Below are positions 31,355 through 41,812 of a stretch of DNA of 64,000 nucleotides, one piece after another. The stretch is from contig OZ242274.1 of NCBI GenBank assembly GCA_965207375.1, forward strand, positions 2,048,001 to 2,112,000, in the 5' to 3' direction. Numbering within the stretch: the stretch's first letter is position 1; every line of letters begins with the position of its first letter. Both the position numbers and the translations under genes were made by a program. The DNA is from Nitrosopumilaceae archaeon (GTDB lineage: Archaea > Thermoproteota > Nitrososphaeria > Nitrososphaerales > Nitrosopumilaceae). The notes below the pieces were generated by a model, which ran no database searches, was not told the DNA's origin, and worked only from the letters and a program-made list of their open reading frames with translations.

Positions 31355-31580
31355 ATCATAACAGATGTACTTGAGTGTCAACATCAAGGCCTTGTGGGAT
31401 TCTATTTTTGCACGTACTCCAAAATGCAGAGAACAATAGTGGACGGGGTAAGAATTTGGACCATATTTGGCTTGGCTGATAGTCAAAGGCAAAGAACATA
31501 CAAAGATGCAGAAAAACTGTAGAGATAGCATTTCAGGTAGAGATGTCAAGAGGCAAAAGCACAGTACAAAATATGAAAAA

Positions 31581-32045
31581 TTATGATCTATCCTGAATGC
31601 GCCTTTGCATTCTAGTTTTTCCGTCTTCAAATTTTTGTCTGTCTTTGTCAGTTTTGAGAATCAATTCAGGCACAGCTGAGGGTTTTCCATCAGGACCTAA
31701 GGCCACCAATGTAACATATGCCGTACCTGTAACGGTTCTTGTTGCTTTTTCCATATCTTCGGCCTCAACTTTGATCTCAACTTCCATAGAAGAGCGATGA
31801 ACATATGTCAATCTAGCATTAAGTATCAACGCATTTCCAACAAAAACAGGTTTGAGAAAATTAACTTGATCCATGCTAGCAGTTACAGTATTTTTTTGAC
31901 AGTGTCGTTGGCCTACTAGTCCTGCTACCAAATCAATTTGTTTCAAGATTTCACCACCAAACACATTTCCTGCAGGATTTGCATCAGATGGTAAAGTTCT
32001 GACAATCATCTCTGCCTTTGATTCATCAGGGCTTTTTTGATTCAT
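31581..32045 (-). CDS. Hotdog-fold acyl-CoA thioesterase
   Basis: PSDANPAGNVFGG..D, VTAS..FLKPV. Confidence 0.9.
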   Translation of the reverse strand: MNQKSPDESKAEMIVRTLPSDANPAGNVFGGEILKQIDLVAGLVGQRHCQKNTVTASMDQVNFLKPVFVGNALILNARLTYVHRSSMEVEIKVEAEDMEKATRTVTGTAYVTLVALGPDGKPSAVPELILKTDKDRQKFEDGKTRMQRRIQDRS

Positions 32046-32088
32046 TTGTATAAGTGATTTTTTTATAATAATAAACTTTGTAAGTGTT

Positions 32089-32188
32089 CAGCTAAGCGAA
32101 ATGTGACCCAAATTCTTGCCCCCATCTCTGTCACTCTGCTTGCATTTCTGGGCAGATTTTGGCCTATTGCCTACATTTCGTTTAGCTG
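32089..32188. mobile_element. 100-bp MITE related to the ISH3-like element
   Basis: TIR CAGCTAAGCGAAATGT / ACATTTCGTTTAGCTG; 5-bp target duplication GTGTT (32084-32088, 32189-32193). Confidence 0.9.
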
Positions 32189-32193
32189 GTGTT

Positions 32194-32361
32194 GATTCTT
32201 CAGCATTAACTGTTGGTCAAAGTCAATATGCAAATTTTTTCCAGATTGCCCCTGCCTAGATTTCTGCCTGTACCAGCAGAGTAATCACACTAGCAGAACA
32301 TAATCTTCTCCGAGTTGTCATTATTTCATCACATGTAACTTTGGAGTTTATTGCACGTATA
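32194..32361. repeat. ~170-bp direct repeat copy 1 (3' end of IS6-like element)
   Basis: Highly similar to 36433-36601. Confidence 0.9.
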
Positions 32362-32963
32362 ATGTAGCGTTTGATATTACTGTTCTCCACATTTGTCCGT
32401 GTATAGTTATACCTGCAGCCTCTGCAGGCGTCTTGCCTCCAAGACTCGAGTGACACCGCATGAAATTATAATAAACCTCACATCCTGCAAATATTGGCGA
32501 GTTTTTACTTTTAATGCCGCGTCTGGGCCGTTGTATAGAACGTAATGTTCCGTTGAACCTTTCCTGGACGTTGTTGTTGTTCTTTTTGGAAATCTCTGCA
32601 TTTGATATGTGTGTACAATGTTGATGTATCACGTTTGGTGCAGCATACACTGATTCAAATGCTTGTGCATATGAGGGCAGGCCATCGCTTACAAATTCTG
32701 TAGGTTTCTTTCCGGCACGAGCTGCTGCAGCTTTGAGTAGGTTTTCTGCATTGTGTCCACTTACAGTCTGCAACCTCCCATGCCAGCAAAAATCGGGCAT
32801 CATAATCAGTCTCTGCAAAAAGATAATTTTGTTTACCTCTTATTGAAATGTATTCTTCATCTGCACAGAATCGATTGCCTGTATTAATTGACAGAGACAT
32901 CAGATATCTATACACCATTGGTACAAATTTGATTATCCATCTGGATATCGTAGATGTACACAC
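32348..32963 (-). pseudogene. IS6-like (DDE, IS240-type) transposase fragment, frameshifted and 5'-truncated
   Basis: ADEEY..YLF..D, SDGLPSY, NNNVQERFN, YYNFMR.HSSLGGKTPAEAAG split over two frames. Confidence 0.85.
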
Positions 32964-32983
32964 ATGTGCGCCCTTTTGTGCTA

Positions 32984-33244
32984 GGGGGTAGAATCAAGAT
33001 ACGGCAAGATGAAACAATGCAGGGCCAAGACACGAATCAAGGATAAGGTATCAAGAATGCTGTGTTTTTATTATTCGCTGATGCTGTACAACGAGTGGAT
33101 AATTATCAGGGCTATTCTTTGTGACGATACACAAAGTCAGAGTATTATGACCATGCTAGTTTTCAAAATACAAATGGATATTGAGTTGATGTATTAGTCC
33201 AAGCCGCCGCAGGGGTAGGATTTGGGCCACATTTCGCTTAGCTG
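32984..33244 (+). mobile_element. 3' remnant of the ISH3-like element with terminal IR
   Basis: Near-identical to the reverse complement of 63126-63390; ends CATTTCGCTTAGCTG; premature stop. Confidence 0.9.
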
Positions 33245-33921
33245 AATAAGTACCAATATTTAAATCAAATAAAAGCTGAAAAAAGCTTGAAAGACTAAAT
33301 GAAAAATTAGCTTGTATTACACCATTTATGATGGAAAACTAGACTGGCAAGACGTATAATTTTAAAAAATAAAAAATTAGGAAATAGGTTGTAAACCTAA
33401 ATCTCGTTGTATGTCAGACCAACGTGTGTAACCACTATAATTTTCACCATCAATAGGAACAGAACCTGATATGATGCCAACTATTTTTACTTCACCATCA
33501 CTATTTGGAGGTGTAAACACTGGACCGCCACTATCGCCATTTTTAGAATTAAAAGTAGATAACGTCAAATACATTCTAAATCCTTCTTGAGTTAAAACTC
33601 TCTGAGATGTATCAAACACTTTACCTGTTAGCAAAGTATTTGATGAAAAACCAATAGCATTAACATCCTCGTTTCTAGAAACGTATTTTGAATCAGTTAC
33701 AGTGTATGTTTTGCCATTTGATTGGTATATCTCAAGAGGTTTTACAGTAGGTCTATATTCATCAAGTCCACCATAGCATAACGAATCTTGGGCAACGCTA
33801 CATTCTTTAGGATATTCTACAAATGCGGCATCAGCACGTAAATAATTACTAGATGTTCCATTATTATTAATAATAACTTCACCTAATATTTTTGTATACT
33901 GTATAGTATCACTAGTATCTA

Positions 33922-35211
33922 TAGTTAATTGAGTTAATATTAGTTATTTAATACATGTATCTTGTACTATCTATAGATCAATTCTAATACAAAGTATATC
34001 ATGTGAAAATAGTGTTACAATAATTATAATTAGTGCATACTTTACGTTTTTTTACTGCATTGATGTAATACCAATACAAGATAAATTGTTGTATGTATGG
34101 TAAACGAAAAAAGTCATGCAATGTAACAGTCGTAAAGTTTGACTATTTTGATGACACCTTGGTTGATGGCAGTTTGTAATCCTTTGGCCAAATGTTCCAC
34201 ATTTTTTAGTGGTGTACTGTGCACCCAACCCTTACAGCCTTTCCATTGCGGTTCAATGGGATTAAGTTCGGGTGTATATTTTGGCAGGGATCTAAACTGC
34301 ATCTTGCCCTTGAATTTGCGAGTCAAAGCTCTGAGTTCATGTTTTTTATGGTAAGAGGCATTATCCATAAAGATCAGTACGGGACCAAATTGTTTATAGA
34401 CCTTGAGAAGAAAATCCTTTGTGTTGTCCCAGTTTCCCGAATTGTAAAAATCAAAACAATGTTTGCCGTCTTTGCCGATAACGCCCATAATGGTGATTCT
34501 TTTGTTTCCCCACATGCCCTTGGTAGATATTGAGGGGTTTTTTTGTCTGGTCCATGTCTTTCTGGGCACGATTTTCATCTGCACGTGAGCTTCATCTTGT
34601 ACTAGTACGGTATATCCCTTATTGGTCCAATATGTAGCTGCCCTATGAGCTTTTTTTTTGAATGCCTTGCGTTTTTTAGGTGTTGCAGATTTTGGATGGC
34701 GTGGTCTAGGAACAATAGGTCTACATTTGAGTCGGCGTAGCAACTGCCATATTGATTCATCATGATAGTCTGCTTTGAATTCTTTTTTGATGTACATGTT
34801 TATCAGCCTCAATGTCCACAGGTTTGACTCGTAACCTGCTGCTTTTGGTCCATTGTCAAGTGTCTTTAGTAATTTTTCAATTTGTTTGTCATCAAGCTTA
34901 CATTCCGCTCCTTTGTTTTTTATGTCATGTCTGTGTTTTAATCCATCTTCTGAAACACGGTGAAGCCATCCTCTGATCGTATTATATGGTGTGTTTAACG
35001 TTTGAGCAATTTCTTTTAATTCCTTTTTTTCTTTTTTTGCTATACATGCAAGTAGAATCTTTTTTGCTTTGGGATCTTTTTCGTTCTTTTCCATCTTGCG
35101 CAAACGATTTTTTGATATGTTTGGAAGGAATTTTTTCTTCACACCTATAATAGTACAGTTCTCCTATTTAGATCTGTCTATAAAATTCACTAATATCAAC
35201 TCAATTTACTA
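33922..35211 (-). mobile_element. IS630-family insertion sequence (1290 bp)
   Basis: TIR TAGTTAATTGAGTTAATATTAGT / ACTAATATCAACTCAATTTACTA; TA duplication at 33920-33921 and 35212-35213. Confidence 0.93.
34114..35142 (-). CDS. IS630 transposase, intact single ORF
   Basis: HTH, WTL, QDEA, MDNASYH, LPKYTPELNPIE. Confidence 0.95.
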   Translation of the reverse strand: MKKKFLPNISKNRLRKMEKNEKDPKAKKILLACIAKKEKKELKEIAQTLNTPYNTIRGWLHRVSEDGLKHRHDIKNKGAECKLDDKQIEKLLKTLDNGPKAAGYESNLWTLRLINMYIKKEFKADYHDESIWQLLRRLKCRPIVPRPRHPKSATPKKRKAFKKKAHRAATYWTNKGYTVLVQDEAHVQMKIVPRKTWTRQKNPSISTKGMWGNKRITIMGVIGKDGKHCFDFYNSGNWDNTKDFLLKVYKQFGPVLIFMDNASYHKKHELRALTRKFKGKMQFRSLPKYTPELNPIEPQWKGCKGWVHSTPLKNVEHLAKGLQTAINQGVIKIVKLYDCYIA

Positions 35212-36432
35212 TACTAACTCATGAGAAATAAGTTTCCCAATTAAACCATGACCGGGAGAATGACCTGCAATGATAAAACCTTCTAATCCATCAGTAGTGT
35301 TAAGACCGCCAAGTCCAATTGAACCATGTCTCTCAACATCATCCCTACCAATGTAAGAGATGTATTGACCACCAACTTTAGGTATACAATCATCACTTAA
35401 TGAATTACATGTTGTATCACCAAAAAGTAAATTGAAAAACTGTTCAATGAAATTTTCATCAGTAGTTTCATTACCATTTGTATTTGTGCCATCAGTAGAT
35501 GTTATGGACGTTGTATCAAAACTTAGTGACCAAGATTTCAAAACACCAGTATCACTACCAGAATATGCATCTCGTACATTTAGAGACCAAGTTCCTTTAA
35601 TGTCTTTACCAATCAGTTTAGCTAGATCAGTATTTGTGGAACTGGTGTAAGTAAATGTCTGCAAGCCATCGGCGTGATTTCGTTCCCTGTTGAAAATTTT
35701 CATGACAGTTCCATCAGGAGATGTCAAAGTCATATACATTTCGTCATGGTCCTCATGATTTACTACTATACTTACACTTATGGAGTTTAACTTTGCATGA
35801 TTTGTAATAGTAATTGTGTCAGTAATAGAATTAGTACCACCGTTAGGGATTGCTCGATTAACAGTTGATGTTTGTGTAGTGGTATCATGATATATCAACC
35901 CAGGAGATATACTTACTTTGATATCTACATTTGGATACATATTGTTTAGTTGTTCTGCAACATCTTGCAATTGTTCTTTTTGTGATGGATGTAAAGATAT
36001 TGTCAAGGCATCACCATGCTTACCAAAAACAGTGATTTCTAAATCTTCTAGAAATTCAACGTGTTCAGGGTTAATATGTTCTTCAATTCCAAAATCTATC
36101 AAATTCAACTCATCATATGCTACACCAAAATCAACAGTTAATTCCTTTTCACCTGGAAATACTTGTAGCATTTCTTTTGTAATTTCAGGATCTATTTTGT
36201 ATGATTCAAGTGTTGTGATATTAAGCAATGTGTTGCCTACTGGACCTGTTGTGTCCCCTAGTGTGTGTGGGTTTTCATTATTTGTTTTATCATCCACTCC
36301 TGTTGACTCTGCATATACTAAACTTGATGGAACTAGCAGAATCAGTGCAAAGAGTGGTATGAAATATTTTGCGTTACTCATGTTCTTAGAATATCGATCT
36401 TACACTTTCATATAAAACCGATGGTTCTGGTA

Positions 36433-36601
36433 GATTCTTCAGCGTTAATTGTTGGTAAAACATCAATATGCAAATTTTCTCCAGATTGCCCCTGCCTAGA
36501 TTTCTGCCTGTACCAGCAGAGTAATCACACATTAGCAGAACACAATCTTCTGAGTTGTCATTGTTTTATCACATGTAACTTTGGAGTTTATTGTACGTAT
36601 A
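36433..36601. repeat. ~170-bp direct repeat copy 2 (solo IS6-like end, includes YVQ* codons)
   Basis: Matches 32194-32361. Confidence 0.88.
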
Positions 36602-36685
36602 GCTAAAGCATTATTTTTATGCACTAATTTACATAGACAGATGCTATATGAAAAATTTTTCTTCTACGGCTACGTACTGATTATG

Positions 36686-36817
36686 TTGGATCTGAGGGCT
36701 GAATTAACAATACCTCGTATGAAGGTGGCCAACAGACTAGCTCACAGTAAGCGGACAACAAAATACCACGTTTTTGATGAACGGTGAATGGGAGTATTCC
36801 GCAAGATCAGGTCCACA
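36686..36817 (+). ncRNA. Candidate IS110 bridge RNA
   Basis: Outer stem GGATCTGA/TCAGGTCC enclosing two stem-internal loop-hairpin arms; second arm's loops match the element ends. Confidence 0.5.
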
Positions 36818-37913
36818 AATTTTGATCAAAAAGGAGGTGATGATATCATCAACATCGGTCTAGACGTTGACAAAAAACAATGTGTTGCAACCATAAAAAA
36901 TGATAAAAACAAAAAGAAATTAGAACAGATTACATTTTCAAACGACACAAAAGGCATTACAGGTTTTATCAAACACATAAAGGAAACATACAATGACACT
37001 GCAAGAGCAGTCTGTGAATCCACTGCAAACTATTGGATAAGATTACATGACAAGCTAGAAGAGGGAATAGATACAATACTTGCGCATCCTGCAAAGACGA
37101 AGATAATAACACAGGCCAAGCTAAAAGACGACAAGCTTGATTCTGAGATACTAACTGATTTATTAAAATCAGATATGATATACGAGTCTTTTGTACCTAA
37201 CAAGTACTATAGAGATCTAAGGAATCTAGTCAGAACCAGAAGCGGATGCAAACGAGACGGTGCACGACATAGAAACAAAATCCATGTAATACTTGCCAAA
37301 TATGACTATCCGTGCCCAACCAAGGGCGTGTTTACAAAAAAAGGAATGAAATGGTTAGAAAGTATACCAATATCAGAAATAGACCGCATGTCAATGGACA
37401 TACATCTAGAATGCATAAACACGGCCATTGCACAAGTACAAAGATTGGAACAAAAGATGGCACAAATAGCACAAGATGAGGATAGAGTAAAACTACTCAT
37501 GACGATACCAGGAATCAGATACATTACAGCATTTACAATAATTTCTGATCTTGTAGATATTACAAGATATTCTACTGCAGAAAAGTTTGCAGCAGGTGGT
37601 GGCGTAATACCATCACACCGTAACAGTGCATCCACATACAAAGGAGGAGGAATAACAAAGGAAGGATCAGTATGGATGAGAAATGCTATAGTTGAGGCAG
37701 CTACAATAACCATACAGTATGATCCCAGAATGCAAAGAATCTACGAGAGAGTAAAAAAGAGACGAGGTGCACAAAAGGCAAAGGTTGCAGTAGCACTACA
37801 CATGCTGGAGATAATTTGGTACATGCTGACTAAACGAAGAATACAGAACACAGAATTGTGAGCTGACACAGAGAAAACATAAAAAACTAGACTACCTAGC
37901 AAAGATGTTCTGA
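36788..37913 (+). pseudogene. IS110 recombinase with a probable C-terminal frameshift near 37830
   Basis: IGLDV, CEST, KDDKLDS, IPGI, IPSHRNSA; shifted frame continues NEEYRTQNCELTQRKHKKLDYLAKMF* to 37913; true start probably near 36845. Confidence 0.85.
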
Positions 37914-38140
37914 TCTGCAAATGCACGCTGTATAGGATCCGGCACGTAGTCAAGGGATTTTTCATATGGGAGATAACGCTGAAGAATCTAGATCTAAAAA
38001 TAACCAACAGGCATAAACTTTGATACAGTTTAGTGGCAATACAAACTAGTATTATTGAAATTTCACATAAATAAAATATGTACAATACAACAATTCAGTG
38101 AACCATAGAGATTTTTATTTCACATAAAAATACAATAATT

Positions 38141-38395
38141 ATGATCGAATCAGAAAATGCAATAAATGTAATCAAGGTGCTAATCAAGAATCTTGAAGGA
38201 GTAACTAAAAGTCCCAAAAATTTTCAAAAACTGCCAGACAGCTTTTGGGGATATTATGCAAGAGGGCATGATACAAATGGAAAATTTGGAATCATTGTAA
38301 CTTATTCAGAAGATCAGACAGATGTTGATGATTTGATGAAAATGTACGAAGCGTGGCTGCAAAAAAACAAATCAGAGTCCAGTAATTTTGAATAA
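38141..38395 (+). CDS. Hypothetical protein
   Basis: Clean 84-aa ORF. Confidence 0.65.
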   Translation: MIESENAINVIKVLIKNLEGVTKSPKNFQKLPDSFWGYYARGHDTNGKFGIIVTYSEDQTDVDDLMKMYEAWLQKNKSESSNFE

Positions 38396-38757
38396 AATTT
38401 AAATTTTAAAAAACAGAAAATCATCAGGCATGCATGAAACGGCAGAACATGTGTTCAGATAAAAAACATAATCATGCAATAGATGCCATTACATGTAAAG
38501 TAGTAAACCAAGAAATTGTAAAATAGACGACATCAGGTATTGATTGTGTCGTTTGCGAGATGTATTTACAAAATGATGCCATGTGGAACTTTGTTTAATC
38601 TGAAATGTGTAATCTGTGTCTGATTTTGCCCCTGTACCTAGCCCTACTGATTTTGTGTAAGAACTTTTGCGCGCCACCATATTGTAAAAATACAGACTGT
38701 TACAATGCACAATCTGTGCCATATTTTTTAATTATTTATCAGCACAATTGAAAAAAA

Positions 38758-39774
38758 TCAGCACAGTTTTGCAATTATCTCATTGGTAAATTCTACAGTG
38801 GTTTTATCACCGCCAATGTCTTTTGTTCTTGTACCACACTTTACTACATCATATACCGTTGTTTCCAACCTTTTTGCAATCTCAAAACATTTAGAGTCAT
38901 TATTTTTTGCTCCAAGCCAATCCAACATAAGTTTAGTTGAAAGAATAAATGAACAAGGATTAGCTATATTCTTTCCGGCAATGTCAAAGGCTGCCCCATG
39001 AACCGGTTCAAAAAGTGCAAAGCTGTCTCCGATGTTGGCAGCAGGAGCCATACCTAATCCTCCAACTACCTGAGAAGACTCGTCAGATAAAATGTCGCCA
39101 AATAAATTAGTTGTAACTATAACATCGAATTTTTCTGGTTGGCGGATTAAATTCATAGCACATGCATCTACATACATTTGCTCAAATTCAACATCAGGAT
39201 AATTTTCTGCAATATCAGCACATGATTTTGCAAACAAGCCATCAGATATTCTCATGACATTGGATTTGTGAACGCATGTGACCTTTTTGTGATTATTTCT
39301 TTGTACGGCAATTTCAAAGGCATACTTGGCAATGCGTTTTGATGCACGTTCAGAGATGATTCGCAATGCAACAGCAGAATCACCAAGAGAAAACTCTTTG
39401 CCGATGTAAAGATCTTCGGTATTTTCACGTACAATTACCATGTCAATATCATCACGTAATGCAGGCATCGATGGGTAAGATTTTGCAGGGCGTATGTTGG
39501 CGTAAAGATCAAGTGTGCGGCGCAATGCAACAATAACATCTGCTGCACTTTCTCCAACAGGGGCCTTTAAACACGCATCAGAGTTCCTGATTGCAGCAAC
39601 GGTCTCATCAGGTAACGCCTTTCCGATATTTTGCAGGGCCATATCACCTGCAGACAGTTTTGCAATATCAAACTTCAAATCAAGCTTGTCATGTATTGTT
39701 TCAAGAACACTAGATACTGCACATGACAATTCAGGTCCTATGCCGTCACCTGTAATAAGAGACACTCGGTACAT
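38758..39774 (-). CDS. leuB: 3-isopropylmalate/isocitrate-family dehydrogenase
   Basis: GDGIGPE, RENTED, HKSN, NLFGDILSD, EPVHG; operon context. Confidence 0.85.
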   Translation of the reverse strand: MYRVSLITGDGIGPELSCAVSSVLETIHDKLDLKFDIAKLSAGDMALQNIGKALPDETVAAIRNSDACLKAPVGESAADVIVALRRTLDLYANIRPAKSYPSMPALRDDIDMVIVRENTEDLYIGKEFSLGDSAVALRIISERASKRIAKYAFEIAVQRNNHKKVTCVHKSNVMRISDGLFAKSCADIAENYPDVEFEQMYVDACAMNLIRQPEKFDVIVTTNLFGDILSDESSQVVGGLGMAPAANIGDSFALFEPVHGAAFDIAGKNIANPCSFILSTKLMLDWLGAKNNDSKCFEIAKRLETTVYDVVKCGTRTKDIGGDKTTVEFTNEIIAKLC

Positions 39775-39833
39775 GTGACACAATAAAGATGGGCAATTTT
39801 AAATCAATTGGAGTAAATATCTAGTGTGGTAAC

Positions 39834-41324
39834 CTAACGTTTTTTGAGCATGATACGGTTAATTCCATCAATTACTGCCTCAACACTGGTAGTAACTATA
39901 TCCTCACCTACTGCCTTGGCAGATACCTTATTTCGGGCAGCATCTTCTACTTTTATGGTAACTTCACATAATGCACTAGAACCTCCTGAAATTGATGCTA
40001 GGCCGTAATCTTTTATTTTAACCTCAGATATCTGGCCTGTGATTTTTTGGATTGCATTGAGTGCAGCATCAACTGGCCCCACACCATGATCAGTTGCGGT
40101 AAAATCCTTGCCATCTATGTTGAGCTTGACAAATGCATACGGCATAGTTCCAATTCCTGTAGATACTGAAAATCCAACTAGCCGCACGAGTTTGATTCCC
40201 TTGTCTCCCAAAATTTCATTGGTAATTGAAAGAAGTTCCACATCAGTAACCTGTTTTCCCTTATCACCCAAGGTTTTTACTTTATCAAGAATCTGATTTG
40301 ACTGCTCCTTGGTAGGAATTATACCATACTCTTGTAACATTGCATTCATACCGTGTAGACCTGCATGCTTGCCTACCTGTAACCATCGTTTTCTGCCTAC
40401 TAGTTCAGGACTGATTGGCTCATATGTCAGCGGATTGCTAAGAACCCCGTGTGTGTGAATGCCTGATTCATGACCAAACGCATTGTCACCTACTATGGCC
40501 TTGTTTGGCTGTACAGATATTCCAACAAGTTTTGAAACAAAGCGTGATGTTTCGTATAATAATTTGGTATTGATACTAGTTTCCCATTTTTGTTCAAATT
40601 GCAGACATTGCAGTCCCATAACAAACTCCTCCAATGACGCATTTCCTGCCCTCTCCCCAATTCCATTAATTGTTACATGCGCACACGTAGCACCTGCTTG
40701 AATTCCAGAAACTGCATTGGCAACTGCCAATCCAAAGTCGTTATGGCAATGTACACTGACTGGAAGTTTGGTGGCCTCGACTGTATCTTTTGTGATTTTA
40801 GCAATATAGTCAGGCGTAGAATAGCCAACCGTATCTGGAATATCAACCCTGTCAGCACCTGCCTTTGCCACCTCGCCAAATACCTTTTTCAAAAACCCCC
40901 TGTCGGTTCTTGTTGCATCCTCTGCAGAAAACTCGACCTGCAAACCATGAGATTTTCCATACTCTACTGCCTGGACTGCCTTTGAGAGGCACTCATCACG
41001 GCTCATGTGCAGTTTGTGCTCTAGATGGATATCAGAGGTTGCAATAAAGGTGTGAATATAATCTAGTCCTGCATCAATTGCAGCATCAATGTCTTTTTTG
41101 TTGGCCCTTGCAAGACCGCAAATTTCTGTATCAAGTCCCTGAGCAGTAATCATTTTGACTGCATGTAATTCGCCCTCAGATATGACTGGAAAGCCTGCCT
41201 CGATGGCATCGACTCCTAACTCATCTAATTTTTTTGCAATGTCTAGTTTTTTCTCAGGAGACAAAGATACGCCCGGAGTTTGTTCTCCATCCCGCAGTGT
41301 TGTATCAAAGATGCGAACGTTCAT
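39834..41324 (-). CDS. leuA: 2-isopropylmalate (or citramalate) synthase
   Basis: DTTLRDGEQ, HCHND, GIGERAGN, HESGIH, GPVDA regulatory domain. Confidence 0.85.
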   Translation of the reverse strand: MNVRIFDTTLRDGEQTPGVSLSPEKKLDIAKKLDELGVDAIEAGFPVISEGELHAVKMITAQGLDTEICGLARANKKDIDAAIDAGLDYIHTFIATSDIHLEHKLHMSRDECLSKAVQAVEYGKSHGLQVEFSAEDATRTDRGFLKKVFGEVAKAGADRVDIPDTVGYSTPDYIAKITKDTVEATKLPVSVHCHNDFGLAVANAVSGIQAGATCAHVTINGIGERAGNASLEEFVMGLQCLQFEQKWETSINTKLLYETSRFVSKLVGISVQPNKAIVGDNAFGHESGIHTHGVLSNPLTYEPISPELVGRKRWLQVGKHAGLHGMNAMLQEYGIIPTKEQSNQILDKVKTLGDKGKQVTDVELLSITNEILGDKGIKLVRLVGFSVSTGIGTMPYAFVKLNIDGKDFTATDHGVGPVDAALNAIQKITGQISEVKIKDYGLASISGGSSALCEVTIKVEDAARNKVSAKAVGEDIVTTSVEAVIDGINRIMLKKR

Positions 41325-41803
41325 GCCCCGCTCCTCTGTAAAGCAGCAACTCCAGTCCTAGAGGTATCTAAAATTCCAAACTGCTTTGCTAGTTCCTCAA
41401 ATGCCTGGATTTGTTCTGGAGTAGAAGTTAATTCAACCATTATAGAGTCTTTTCTTATATCATGAACCTTGGCACCGTAGGCGTTTGCAAGTTTGTTAAT
41501 TTCCATACTGTCTTGTGGGGAATTTACTTTGACTTTAAAGAGTACTAGTTCTCGATACACGGTTTTATGCTCATCTAAATGACGTACCTCTACGGTATCA
41601 ATCATCTTGTCAAGTTGTTTTACAATTTGTTGTATTTGTTTTTGATCACCCAAGGTGGTAATAGTCATTCTGGAAAACTCTGGATTCTGAGTCACACCCA
41701 CAGAGATGCTGTCAATGTTAAAATTTCTAGAACGAAACAGGTGAGTTACCTGAAATAAGATGCCTGGTTTGTTTTCAACTAGTAATGAAAGTATGGCCCA
41801 CAT
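41321..41803 (-). CDS. ilvN: Acetolactate synthase small subunit
   Basis: ACT domain LVENKPG..FNIDSI..SRMTI; RELVL; RTG. Confidence 0.95.
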   Translation of the reverse strand: MWAILSLLVENKPGILFQVTHLFRSRNFNIDSISVGVTQNPEFSRMTITTLGDQKQIQQIVKQLDKMIDTVEVRHLDEHKTVYRELVLFKVKVNSPQDSMEINKLANAYGAKVHDIRKDSIMVELTSTPEQIQAFEELAKQFGILDTSRTGVAALQRSGA

Positions 41804-41812
41804 ATCAAATCA

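Larger units (their letters stand above)
33377..36381 (-). pseudogene. Secreted P-domain + trypsin-like (S1) serine protease, interrupted by IS630
   Basis: Signal peptide; P-domain (H..HDEM..L.SPDG..GTWSLNVRD); AGH, DAAF and GDSGGP triad motifs; deleting 33922-35213 restores a 570-aa ORF. Confidence 0.85.
36679..37974 (+). mobile_element. IS110-family element (approximate ends)
   Basis: DEDD recombinase gene; GAT present at both proposed ends; no TIRs. Confidence 0.65.

Noticed and set aside
34640-34665. A9 run in the IS630 transposase as a programmed frameshift site
   Set aside because: The ORF is already continuous through it in this copy.
38489-38722. 77-aa ORF downstream of leuB
   Set aside because: No recognisable motif or other support.
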